Part shown: positions 27,893 to 41,400 of the stretch, in pieces | How positions within the stretch are numbered: the first letter of the stretch is position 1 | Layout of the letters: each line of letters begins with the position of its first letter | Source of the DNA: the human T2T-CHM13v2.0 reference genome, Homo sapiens | DNA: 64,000 bases | Direction: 5' to 3' (one strand) | Assembly (NCBI RefSeq): GCF_009914755.1 | Contig: NC_060940.1 | The notes under the pieces: generated by a model | The model's input: the letters and a program-made list of their open reading frames with translations, nothing else | Databases searched by the model: none | Told to the model about the DNA's origin: nothing | Position numbers and translations under genes: made by a program

Positions 27893-28458
27893 CACACTCC
27901 AGCCCAGCTGTCTACAGTGATAAATGATGGGCCTTTCTTTAAATTTCCTTTCTGCTCTGCGTGAGGACTGGCCAATGTGGATATGTACTCGACACGGATA
28001 AATGGCTCTGGCAAGCCCACCAGACTGTCCACGTGGCAACAGATGGTCCAGCTCAAAGCTTTTGTTGTGCTAATGTTGGAACTTGCTGCTACCTGAAGCA
28101 GTTATCGTTTCATAAACAATGATGCTGCCACTGCTCTGTGGATAAACTGTCCTTTATACTTTGCAGGGCCCACCGTGGGTGTTGACAGCTTCATGATGGT
28201 AAGAAGAGAACCCCCAGTCATCCAGCTGGCGTGGCAGCCAAAGAGAAACACTTAATCGGATGGAGATGGTGAGGTTGGAGATGATATTTGGCTTCTGTTC
28301 ATGTGCCATGCATAAGTCCAGATGTCTGCCCTGAATTATGGTTGATGAGAAGGAGTAAAGTTCCACTGTGTTTCAGAGTCAGAAGTGAGATTGGAGACAA
28401 ATTGTTCCCTCGGAGTCTTGACGTTTACACAGATTCCCTTAGACCTTTTGTAGAAATT

Positions 28459-28733
28459 GTAATAATGAATATATAGGGAAGCGGTAATAATGAATATATA
28501 GAGAAGGGGTAATAATGAATATATAGAGAAGGGGTAAAAATGAATATATACAGAAGGGGTAATAATGAATATATAGAGAAGGGGTAATAATGAATATATA
28601 GGGAAGGGGTAATAATGAATACATAGAGAAGGGGTAATAACGAATGTACAGGGAAGGGGTAATAATGAATATACAGGGAAGGGGTAATAATGAATATATA
28701 GGGAAGGGGTAACAATGAATAAATAGGGAAGGG
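28459..28733. repeat. Minisatellite, 11 x 25 bp (gtaataatgaatatatagRgaaggg)
   Basis: Exact 25-nt periodicity, 11 units, few substitutions, no indels. Confidence 0.97.
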
Positions 28734-28935
28734 TTTGAGATTTTTCAAGGACTTACTATGTTCAAGATCTTATAATGACATAATTATTGTTTAATTATTG
28801 TTGGTAGTAGTATAGTAGTAATTGTAGCAACTATCTTTTAATGAGAGCCTTCTTAAAGGCCAGGCACTGTGCTGAGACGTTTACACAAATTATCTGATTA
28901 TAATTATTGCAAGAAATTCACAAAGGAACTGAAGA

Positions 28936-29138
28936 ATAGTGTGCTGGTGAATCAGTTCTCTGTTGGGGAGGTGGGGGCAGAGCCCTGCTGTGTAGTGTTT
29001 GCTGATTTCTCTAGTGTAAATGCTCCCACCGTGGCCAATTTTAAGCTGCCAACAATGTAACAACCTGCTCACAAAATTTATGAGTATACAACAATCAGCC
29101 TTCGTGAACCAGTGCAAGCTGGTTCCAGCACATCACTG
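28936..29138 (+). mobile_element. MER63A-like (hAT-Blackjack) inside a MIR
   Basis: gtgtgctggt...gtgtaaatgctcccaccgtggccaattttaagctgccaac...ctggttccagcacatcactg. Confidence 0.75.
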
Positions 29139-30325
29139 AAACTCAGGTACAGAAGGTTTGTCCAAGATCACCCAACTATTAAGGGACAGAACTGAGATAT
29201 CTGCTCAAGAACTCAATATACTGCTCTAAATCTATAAACCCATCAGCTATTTCAATCCACATAACAAATCCATGTAGCATGCATTACAAGAGACCTCTGA
29301 CTTTCAGGAGTTAAACAAAAGAGCTGCCCAGCATCACACACCTGTGATGGGACCGGATTCAGGCCTGGCCTGTCTGAGCTCACAGCAGAGGCCCTGGTGC
29401 CAGCCAATAACAAATGAAAAAGCTGGAATGAATATTTATCACATCTTTGTTTTCCCTTGAAGAGTGGAGAAAATCAAAAATGAAAGCAATCCATATCCCG
29501 AAGAAATCCATCTCTATTGGTATCATCTCAGACGTTGGTCATCGTATTTGGGGAAGCAGCCTGACTGGGTTCCTGAAATCACACCACAGAGGTGATGGCA
29601 GTGGGACTTCGCCTGCCCCTTAGGTTAAACATTATCTGATTTAGGCTGTAGAAGTTATTTAGAATCTTCAAAGTTGCTTCAGGTGATGGCTGTTGGAAGG
29701 CAAAGAGTATTTTCAACAGACATTCTTGGTAAAATATCTCATCTTCTTCCTGAAAACTCCAGAGAGCCCACCAGAGCATATAATAGTCGCTGCTCCAAGA
29801 AGGCTGAGATTCTAGGATGCACGCACAGCCCACTCTCAACTCATGACCTCCTCTGTGCCCAGGGAGCAGAACCTGCTAATGAGAGGAACAGAAAAACCCA
29901 CACAGGTGAGCCCAGCAGATATTAAAACTTGTTCCCCGTGGTTATGTGTCTCCCTTATTAAGTCATAAGCTCCCACAACCTCTTTAATACATGGTAAATA
30001 CTGAATGAATGAATGAATGATTGCAGAAAACGTTATAAAGAGGAGACAAGAAACAGCTCAGATATCGAACTACCGTATTTCCTGATATGCAAGAATCAGA
30101 GGTATACAAGAAACTACTCTCATTTTACAAGGACATTATGGGAAGGAAGGAAGGAGAACCAGAATAGATTTCATCATCCATGTGTTTAGAATTATTTTCA
30201 ATTGCATTTATAATGACAGTTTTTTTGTTTATGCTCATGCAAGTATGTTTATACTGAAATGATACAAATTCTTTTGCACCACTGAAAACCAAATTATTAT
30301 TTTATATCTGTTTGATTCTCTGTAA

Positions 30326-30738
<413 letters not shown>

Positions 30739-31579
30739 TAAGGAATATTCCATCCCTAAAACTCTCTAATTATTTGTGCCTTGTTTCCCCCTCAGAGGAG
30801 AGTGAAATATTTCCCCAAATAGAAGGTTAACAGTTGGGATTGTTTTTGTCAGTTTTGCTTTGTCTCCCCCCAACCCTGCCTCATCACTATTGTGAGAGAG
30901 AATGCACATTTTTTCTACCCACGGTAAAATTGACAACGGAAACACTGTCTTCTCCAATTCCCAATGCACTGCACCACTGCTGCAGACAAACAGTGAGTCT
31001 GAAGTGAAGCGGGAGGGGGTTGGTAGAAATAAGGCCCCACCCAGCGTGAAGCTTCCAGATGATCTGGGGGCCACGCGATGCAGGTGCTATCAGCAAGTAG
31101 CAGGCTGCATGGCTGGCTTGTGAGTTATTGCTGTGGTCACAAGATCTCCTTGCTGTAGCATTCTGCGTGTGTAGGTGATAAATCTTAGGGACACGAGGGA
31201 ACACATCAGGCTTCTCTCCTCTGGCCCATTATTTTTCTCCTACATCATTTAGAAAAGTGCAGGTCTGGACCTTTTAATTTTTTTTTTTTTTTTGATCATG
31301 AATGTTTTCTTCAGCTCCATGCCACATTTCCTTCTGCATGTTCAATTTTCACAATGGAGTGTATTTTTAAAGCGTGGCTCAATAGAAGATGAGAGAACAG
31401 AAACCTTAAGCAGGAGACAAGAGAAAGAGACAAATACACGCATTTGCTCTCTTTGTTCTCTTGCGAATGGCGATGTGAAAGTCTGGTGGAGTCAGATATA
31501 GTTCCTGCTTGCAAAGGGAGCAAAAGGGAAAGAAACTTACATCTTTTAAGACCATGCTATGTACCAAAATCTACACTAG

Positions 31580-31745
31580 TCTGCAGAGAGAGCACGTCAT
31601 TGTGGTCAAACGCGTCTATACTGCAAGTCAACGTCCCTGGGTTCAAATCCCAGCTCCTCCTCTTGCAGTTGGATGCCTTGAACAAATGACTTGATGTCTT
31701 CACCTGTAAAATGGGCATAATACTAATCCCTACATCACCGGACAT
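31580..31745 (+). mobile_element. MIR
   Basis: cctgggttcaaatcccagctc...ctgtaaaatgggcataatacta. Confidence 0.7.
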
Positions 31746-32262
31746 TTTAAAATTTAGATTAAGTTAAACACAACATGAAATTAAGCATGTTTAAAAGTAT
31801 AAATAAGTGGTATTTAGTACATTCAGAAAGTTGTCACCTCTATCTAGTTCCAAAGCATTTTAATCACCTCTAAAATAAATCTTGTATCCATTAAACAGTC
31901 ACTCCCCATTTCCTCCATCCCAGCGCCTGCCAGCCACTCATCTACTTTCTATCTGTATAGATTTCTTTCTTCTGGATGTTTCCCATAAGTAGAATGATGC
32001 TATATGTGACCTTTTGCATCTAGCTTCTTTCACTTAGCATAATGCTTTTGGGATTCATTTACATTGTAACGTACATCAGTACTTCATCCCTTTTTTATGG
32101 CAGAGTAATATTCCATTATTTGGATATGTACATTTTGTCTTTCTATTCAAACATTGATGGATATTTGAGTTATTTCCACCTTTCAGCCATTGTAAATAAT
32201 GTTACCATGAACATTCATGCACAGGTATTTGAATACTTCTTTTAAATTCTTTTGAGTATATA

Positions 32263-33194
<932 letters not shown>

Positions 33195-33800
33195 GCACCT
33201 AGGTGTGCAATTGCTGAGTCAGGTGGTAATTCCATGTCTGACTTTCTAAAGAACAGCCCAACTGTTTGCCACAGCAGTTGCACCATTTTACAACCTCACA
33301 GAATTTTTATGACAGATAAAGAAGTTAGTATTTGTGGGAAATTACAACAGGACCTGGCAAATAGTTACTTAATGTTAATTAAATTAATTAAATAGGTAAC
33401 ACTGCCAGTGTTAGCTGCCAATCTCAATTCTTTCCCACTAATAGGAGAGAGTAGCTCACAGTCAGATAGTGTGGGTGCACTAGTAAGTCTAATTCAAAAC
33501 AGAAAATGATAAGTGTTTCAGAGCAAAAACTACATTCAACCAGAGGGGGATGCTTCATTTGTTTTTACATTTACCTATATCCACCTGGTGCCACCCACGC
33601 GATGTATACTCAAGAAGTGAATCTATTGTCTGTTTTACAATTACTTTCTTTATAATGAACTCACACAGATTCATCGCAGAAATTTGGGGAATCACAGACA
33701 AGCATAACAAAAATATTGTGACTCACTTGTAATCTTGAAGTCTTGCTTTTGTATTGCATTTCCTTTCTTTGTTTAAAGCAATTAAACTCATATGATGTGT

Positions 33801-34108
<308 letters not shown>

Positions 34109-34590
34109 TCATACGATGTGTGCAGTTTTGTAGCTGTATTTTTCACTTAACGCTATACTAACATGTAACCATGTCCCTAAAGAGTCTTTGAATTCCTGAT
34201 TTTTAAATACCGCATGGGGTTTCCTTGTGTGTTTATACCATACTTTAAATATTCTCCCATTGCTGGTTATTGTCTCCAAATTTCTGTTACTATTAACAAC
34301 ACAATAACTAAAAGGCTTGGACATGAATATTTACAGGCATTAATGATTATTTCCACAAATTTGATTCACACAAAATTGCTTAATCAAAGGTTTGTCTTTT
34401 TAATACTATTTTACATAGAACTAGTTCCTCAGGGAAGTTATTTTTCTGCTTTTTGGGTTTTTTGCTGTGTTTTTTTTTTTAATTTATCTAAATGCTTTTA
34501 CTTTATTTTACCCAGCCGAATCAAGGCTTTGTTATGCTTACATTTAGTACATATTTTTTTCTCACAACGTTTTCTTAGTTTGCCATTCTG

Positions 34591-34688
34591 TTGGGTTGGC
34601 GCAAAAGTAATTACCGTTTCTGCCATTTCAAAATAACAGCATTTAAAAATAATGGCCAAAAAATGCAATTACTTTTGGGCCAACCTAA
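34591..34688. mobile_element. MADE1 with expanded loop
   Basis: ttgggttggcgcaaaagtaatt ... aattacttttgggccaacctaa; 98 bp versus about 80 bp typical. Confidence 0.88.
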
Positions 34689-35071
34689 TGCATTCACAGT
34701 GAAATTATTGGATTAATGTCTCTCTTCCCCCACTGGAATATAAGCTCCTAAAGGGTCGGCACTGGACCCATTTATTTCTATGGATCCAGCACTCAGTAGG
34801 GTTGGTACACGGTCAGTGCTCAGACAACAGTAGAGGCATGAATGGGTAAATCTCTCCACTGAGTTTTGATCAATTCTCACTTCCACTAGTGGTGCATGAA
34901 GATGCATGTTTACCAACCCTTCACTCACCTCATCTCCACCAGGATTTTCAATGTTGCAGGTATTATGATTAGAAAAATAGAGTTGTCATTCTGATCAATG
35001 AAAATTGGGATCCTGTTATTTTATTTTGCATTGCATTGATTACTAGAATCATTAAAATTTTTTCTCTTCTT

Positions 35072-35370
35072 GGCTGGGCACAGTGGCTCTCACCTATAAT
35101 CCCAGCAGTTTGGGAGGCCAAGGCGTGTGGATTACCTGAGCTCAGGAGTTCCAGACCAGTCTGGCCAACATGGTGAATCCATGTCTCTACTAAAATAGAA
35201 AAAATTAACCGGGTGTGGTGGTGCACACCTGCAGTCCCGGCTACAGCTACCTGGGAGGCTGAGCCACGAGAATTACTTGAATCTGGGAAGCGAAGGTTAC
35301 AGTGAGCTGAGATGGTGCCGCTGCACTCCAGCCTGGGCAACAGAGCAAGACTCTGTCTCAAAAAAAAAAG
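35072..35370 (+). mobile_element. Alu (AluS)
   Basis: Full dimer; TSD ttctcttc. Confidence 0.94.
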
Positions 35371-35975
35371 AAATTCTCTTCCGTTTAATATTTGCACTGA
35401 TTCGTTACTTCTCCTCTGTTTCGTTACTTCTCCTCTGTTATATACTAATTCATATACTAATTCATGTTCTTTGCCCAATTTATTTTGTTTTTTGCCCGGT
35501 TTACTTGGTCCACATTTATTGAATATTTCTCTACTGGGCCCCAAGCTCTCCCTGGCAATTTTCTGTGCCTTTAATAAGATTATTTCTTTAGGTGCGCATG
35601 CATAGGGTGCAAACATAATTCCTCATGCTGTTGACATGGTGAAAGTATATCCTTCATCTTTTCATTTCTCAAATATCTATGTCATGGTGCTGGAGCACCT
35701 CAAGGAACACATTCAGGCAGTGTTCTATAATCCTGTGAGTGTTGGATTCTTAGGGTGAACATGGGGAAAGACGGCTGGGAGAAGCAGTCTAATTGACGGT
35801 ATTTGGTTGTTGTGTATCAGACTCCAATTTGACCTGGGCTTAAATCTCAGCTACTCCACTCACAAGGTACATGACTGAAGCAAGAAACCTAGTCTCCCTA
35901 AACTTTTTTTTTTCATTTGTAGAATGCAGACTGGTAATAGGCAATGCATAGAATATTATAAGAATTAACTGAGGT

Positions 35976-36302
35976 AAGATAGAAACAGAGAAAGAAATAA
36001 AGAAGAGAAAGAAAGAGAGAGGAAGGAAGGAAGAGAGAGAGGGAGGGAGAGAGGGAGGGAGGAAAGGAGAGAGGGAAGGAAAGAAGGAAGAAAATGAATG
36101 AAGGAGGAAGAAAGGAAGAAGGAACGAAGAAAAGGAAAGAAGGAAGGAAGGGAAGGAAAAAAGAAGAAAGGGAGGGAAAGGAAGGAAGGAAGAAAAGAAA
36201 GGAGGGAAGGAAGGAAGAAAGAAGGATGGGGGAAGTAAAGGAAGGGGGAAGAAAAAGAAAACGGAAAGGAGGAGGGAGGAAGAACAAGAGAGGGAAAAAA
36301 AG
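35976..36302. repeat. GA-rich polypurine low-complexity tract (GGAA/GAAA units)
   Basis: About 325 nt almost entirely purine on the + strand. Confidence 0.95.
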
Positions 36303-38263
36303 CCTATTTCCCATTTCATGAGTGTGGCTTGTATTTGAACACTTTCTGTTTGCTCGATGAGGGTGTTTCCTCACTTCCAGGGCAGTCTATAATCCATCAC
36401 TGTTGTCTTCCTTTGGAAGCTGTTATGAGGAGTTTTAACAGTCTCCGTTCTGTTTGCTGGAAGCTGATGGAAGAACTCTCCTTATCTCCAATATTAGAAC
36501 TTGTAGAAAATCGATACAGGGTATAACAACCTTCACCATCATACTTGGTAATAAAGCCTAACTAGAAAATGTGCAGAAACTTTCTGCATCTGGTAACGTT
36601 TTGCTGGTGTGAAAAGCAGCCCAGATTATCCGGAGTGATTCCCTTCATTGATCGAAGCATATAAAGAGGAAGGTGCTTTGTATCAGCCCTCATTAAAAAT
36701 GGAAGACTTGTCTACAACTTCTAACTTGAAAAACTGACCCTGTTGGGGGGAAAGCACAGGATGTGCCTGAATTTTGTTTTTCTTTCCTCTCGTGTCTTTA
36801 AGAAACATGCTATAAAGACAGTCTTCTTAATGCCAGCAGAAGGCCGTACAGTTCTGAGCCTTTCATAAATGACATTTGTCCAATAGTCTGATTTACTAAG
36901 CATGATTGAAAACCACAATCAGGCCACAAGTGATATTCAGGGAAAAAAAAATACAACAACAAAAGCATTAAGAAACAAGACAGCTTTCCAAGGCTATGAA
37001 AACTTATCCAAAAGGAAATATATCACTCAAATATTTACAAAATTGCCGGTGCAATTCAGCCTTCTCAGTAGCAACGATTTTTATGTCCTAAAGAGAGTTT
37101 GTATCTAGAGGTAATTGTGTTTTGCAGCAGTTCGTAAGTCTGGGCATTTACGCTGGCAATTCCAGATTTATAGGAATAGAAGAAATTTCCGTGCATGATA
37201 TACTGTACAAATTGTATGTAATAACCACAATAAAAAATTTCATTAGGCCTGCTATCACCAACCACCAATTCCCCGGGGAGAATTTATGTGCAAACTTCAG
37301 TTCCATTTACCATCTGGGATATTCTTTGGAGGATGGGTAGCCCCGGGTTCCTTGGAAAAGATAAGGGGGTATATATATCCTCTCCGTCTCTTGCCTTTGG
37401 GACAATCATTTTAGAAAAAGAAGGCCTTTGTGTCTGAGGGAGCAGCAATCTCCAGACACCCCTCCATGAGCTTGCTCACATCCCTCACCTATCCCAAGAT
37501 CACTTCGGCAGCTGTCCTTAAATTTTGCAGCTCTCAAGTCTGAGCACTACGTCCTGTTGCATATTTTATGCAACCCATCACGGAGATGTGGATGCAGATT
37601 TCCATAGTTATAGAAGAGGAGGCAGAAATGGAAAAGACAAATTGGGTCATCTTATAGTTTGCAGCTGTGAAATCCATTTCAAAATTGCAGCCTTGCAGGC
37701 CTGAGAGGCTTCCCCGGACTCGATGGAGATATAATCATGGTATCGCCAAGGAATAGCATTCAGGCCTGGCAGTGCTTCTAGGCGAGTAGCATATGTCCTC
37801 ATAAAACGTCCTCTTTATGACCAGAGTTTCTGTGCATATGCTACAAACAGTGACAACCTGGATCTCGCCTTTGGTAAGGGAATAGGAAATTAAACATCTC
37901 ACCACCGCTTTGCAGAATGGGAGTCGGCATTCAATAAGAAAGGCTTCCCCCCACCCTCCATCCCTCTCCACAGCCTCCTCCCTGAGTTCTGCCTGTGCCT
38001 TATTGATGAGCACGTGCCTGTGTCTGGCATTGTCCAGCTGTCCATGTCCACAGAGCAGGGCAGGCACAGTTCCAAGCTCGTCCTAGAAATCTCCTTGGTA
38101 GATTCAGGCTTGAGGAGGACGCGAGAAGGGATGGTAAGGAGTGGGGCTTTTGGAAAGCATTTGAGGATGTTCTAAGTGTCTATAGACAGTTAGAATCCTA
38201 AATTCAACTTGTTAAAATTGAGTTGCCGAGTGCCAATCCCTACACTTTTCATTGTGTACATAA

Positions 38264-38668
<405 letters not shown>

Positions 38669-39433
38669 TAAGACGTTAAAAGACTTAGGAACTACAGATT
38701 GCTGAGCATCTACTTTGTGCCAGGTGGTGCATGAGGCAGTAAGGCTACAGATACAGAGGAGACAGGCTCCTTGAAGCACAATGATTATGATGATCCAAGA
38801 GGTAAGCGTCACTAAAATTAGATATACATGCACTGTTATTTATAGTTTCTATTTACACAGCGCTACTTTGTGCCTGGTACTATATTGGGAACTTTTGATC
38901 CATTTTCACTCTCAATCCTCACAACTCCATGTGGTGGTTCTTATCTTCCTTTTGCAAATGACGAAACTAGGACTCAGGCCACTTACGTGGCTTGAGCAAG
39001 GTCACAGAGCAAGAAAGGGCTCAATATGAGGCTCAGTACAAGGCTCAACTTCCCAGCGGGGATCTCCCTCCTGCACCACATCATGTCATTGTCTTCTCTT
39101 GGCATGTGAAGTTTCAGTTTTGATTCGAATGGATCTTAAAGTGTCAAAACACTGTAAAAACAATATCTCTTTATGGGAAGAGCTAAAATCAGTTGCTATA
39201 AATTCTTCAATGTTAAAGGCACATGAAGAAAAGATAGCAAAGGTTCTGGCATCGAATGGTCTGGATTCCAATTTGAGTCCTGTTGTGTGACATGTGGCGA
39301 GTTACTTAACTTCTCTGAATTTTATTTTCTGTCTGTCAAGTGGAGTTAACAAAAGTATCCAATGAGGACTGCTGTGTGTGTTAAATGCACGTTTTTGACA
39401 CAGCACCATGTATTAAAATATTGTAGTAAGTTA

Positions 39434-39943
<510 letters not shown>

Positions 39944-40443
39944 TCAGTTCAATCACTTATGGGGATTATTTACCAGGCATCTGAGCATGTTCAATGTGTA
40001 ATGAGAAGACTTCTTGAAATGGAGAATTTGGCTTAGTTCTGCAAATTATTAGCTTAGTACCTACCATTATGCAAGAACTGATGTTTGGCACAATGAGAAA
40101 AATCAATGTGAAATGAGATATTGCCCCTTCCCCATTTAATAGAGCTCACATTCAAGTGCAGAGGACAGACACATACATGAGTCACCACAGCCCAAGGCAG
40201 CATGGCCATGGCAGAGAAAGAGCCCCACTTGTTCTTCAAGAATGGTGAGCATGCAATCCAAGGTAACACTGGAGGAGAGAGGAGGGGACTGTGGTGGAGA
40301 ATGTGACTCGGATGTCAAGTTCAAAATATACGTTGAGCCTAAAACCTAAAAGGCACTGAAGTTCACCCTGAAAGGTCGTAACTTTCTTCTGTAGACGAAT
40401 GTGGTTGAAAAGTGAGACGTTTCATGAGCTGAGTTTAGGGAGT

Positions 40444-41400
40444 CTATTAGTTAAGATGTTGCTACTGCAAATGATAAGAGATTTAGCAGAAAAAGCAAAA
40501 AGAAAGTTATTGGCTACTATCACTGGGAAGTGGAAAGCAAGAGCATTCTGAATTCTTAAATAATATCATTATGAGCCTGTCCCTGTCCATAGTTCAGCTC
40601 TTGTTTCATTGGATAGGCTTTACTCTCCTAAAGGTTCTTCCCAAGTGGTGGTAAAAATGGCCACCAGCACTTGTAGGGTTACATGCTACCTGCTTAATTA
40701 ATTTCCCTGCATAAAGAGCGAGTTTCTTTCTTACTAGCTATTGATTTTCATTCCTGGGCTTGAGTCATTTACCTATTTTTGAACATGTAACAAAGGGCAA
40801 GAGGATGAAACATTTTGTTTGGCCAATATGGAACCAGATAATCACCTCTGAAATGGAGAGGAAGAGGTAGCCAGCCATTCATTGTTCACCCAACCACATA
40901 GAAAAGGTGTGGAGGGAACAGCTTGCTTCTATAAAAGAGAAACAAATGAAAGGGTATTAGTCAGATAAGATGGGTTATGCTGCTGTAACAAATACTCCCA
41001 AAACCTATGAAATCAAATGACAGTGTATTCATCAGATGAGATGGGGTATACTGCTGTAACAAATAATCCCAAAATCTACATGGCTTGAAACAATACAGGT
41101 TTATTTCTCATTACACTATATGTTGATGGTTGTTAGAGGTGAGGCAGTCTGCTTTACTCATCTTCACTCAAGCTGAAGGAGAATGCATTCCCAAAGTTCC
41201 AAGATTGCTGAGGTAGGAAAAATGAGTATGGTAAAGCTCCTACTTGAGAGTCACACACATCATTCCCATTTTAATTTTCTTTCCAAAGCAAGTCAGACAG
41301 CTACACCTAACTTCATGGGGTAGGAAAGTTTAACCTATTATGTGTCTGGAATGAAAGAACACTGAAAAAATTTTGATGGACAGCACCAAAAGTAACAGGG
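40444..41400 (-). mobile_element. Two adjacent old MLT1 LTR remnants
   Basis: tattagtcagataagatgggttatgctgctgtaacaaata...ggtttatttctca; aaaatggccaccagca; boundaries approximate. Confidence 0.6.

Noticed and set aside
26700-28100. HERV-K provirus or SVA
   Set aside because: No PBS, gag or env/PPT next to the LTR, a direct repeat flanks both ends, and there is no SVA VNTR, hexamer or SINE-R deletion; it is a solo LTR.
28425-28748. Repetitive ORFs, or a CRISPR-like array
   Set aside because: Head-to-tail 25-bp units with no unique spacers; the ORFs are artefacts of the minisatellite.
33212-33221. ARE/NF-E2 motif TGCTGAGTCA
   Set aside because: Lies within L1 sequence close to the L1 consensus phrase attgctgggtca, with no supporting cluster.
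34969-35616. Longest ORF in the track (215 aa, minus)
   Set aside because: Its core is antisense Alu translation ([19 protein letters not shown]); the flanks show no recognisable protein features.
35840-36374. F/S/L/P-rich and K/E/R-rich ORFs
   Set aside because: Translations of the GA-rich low-complexity tract.
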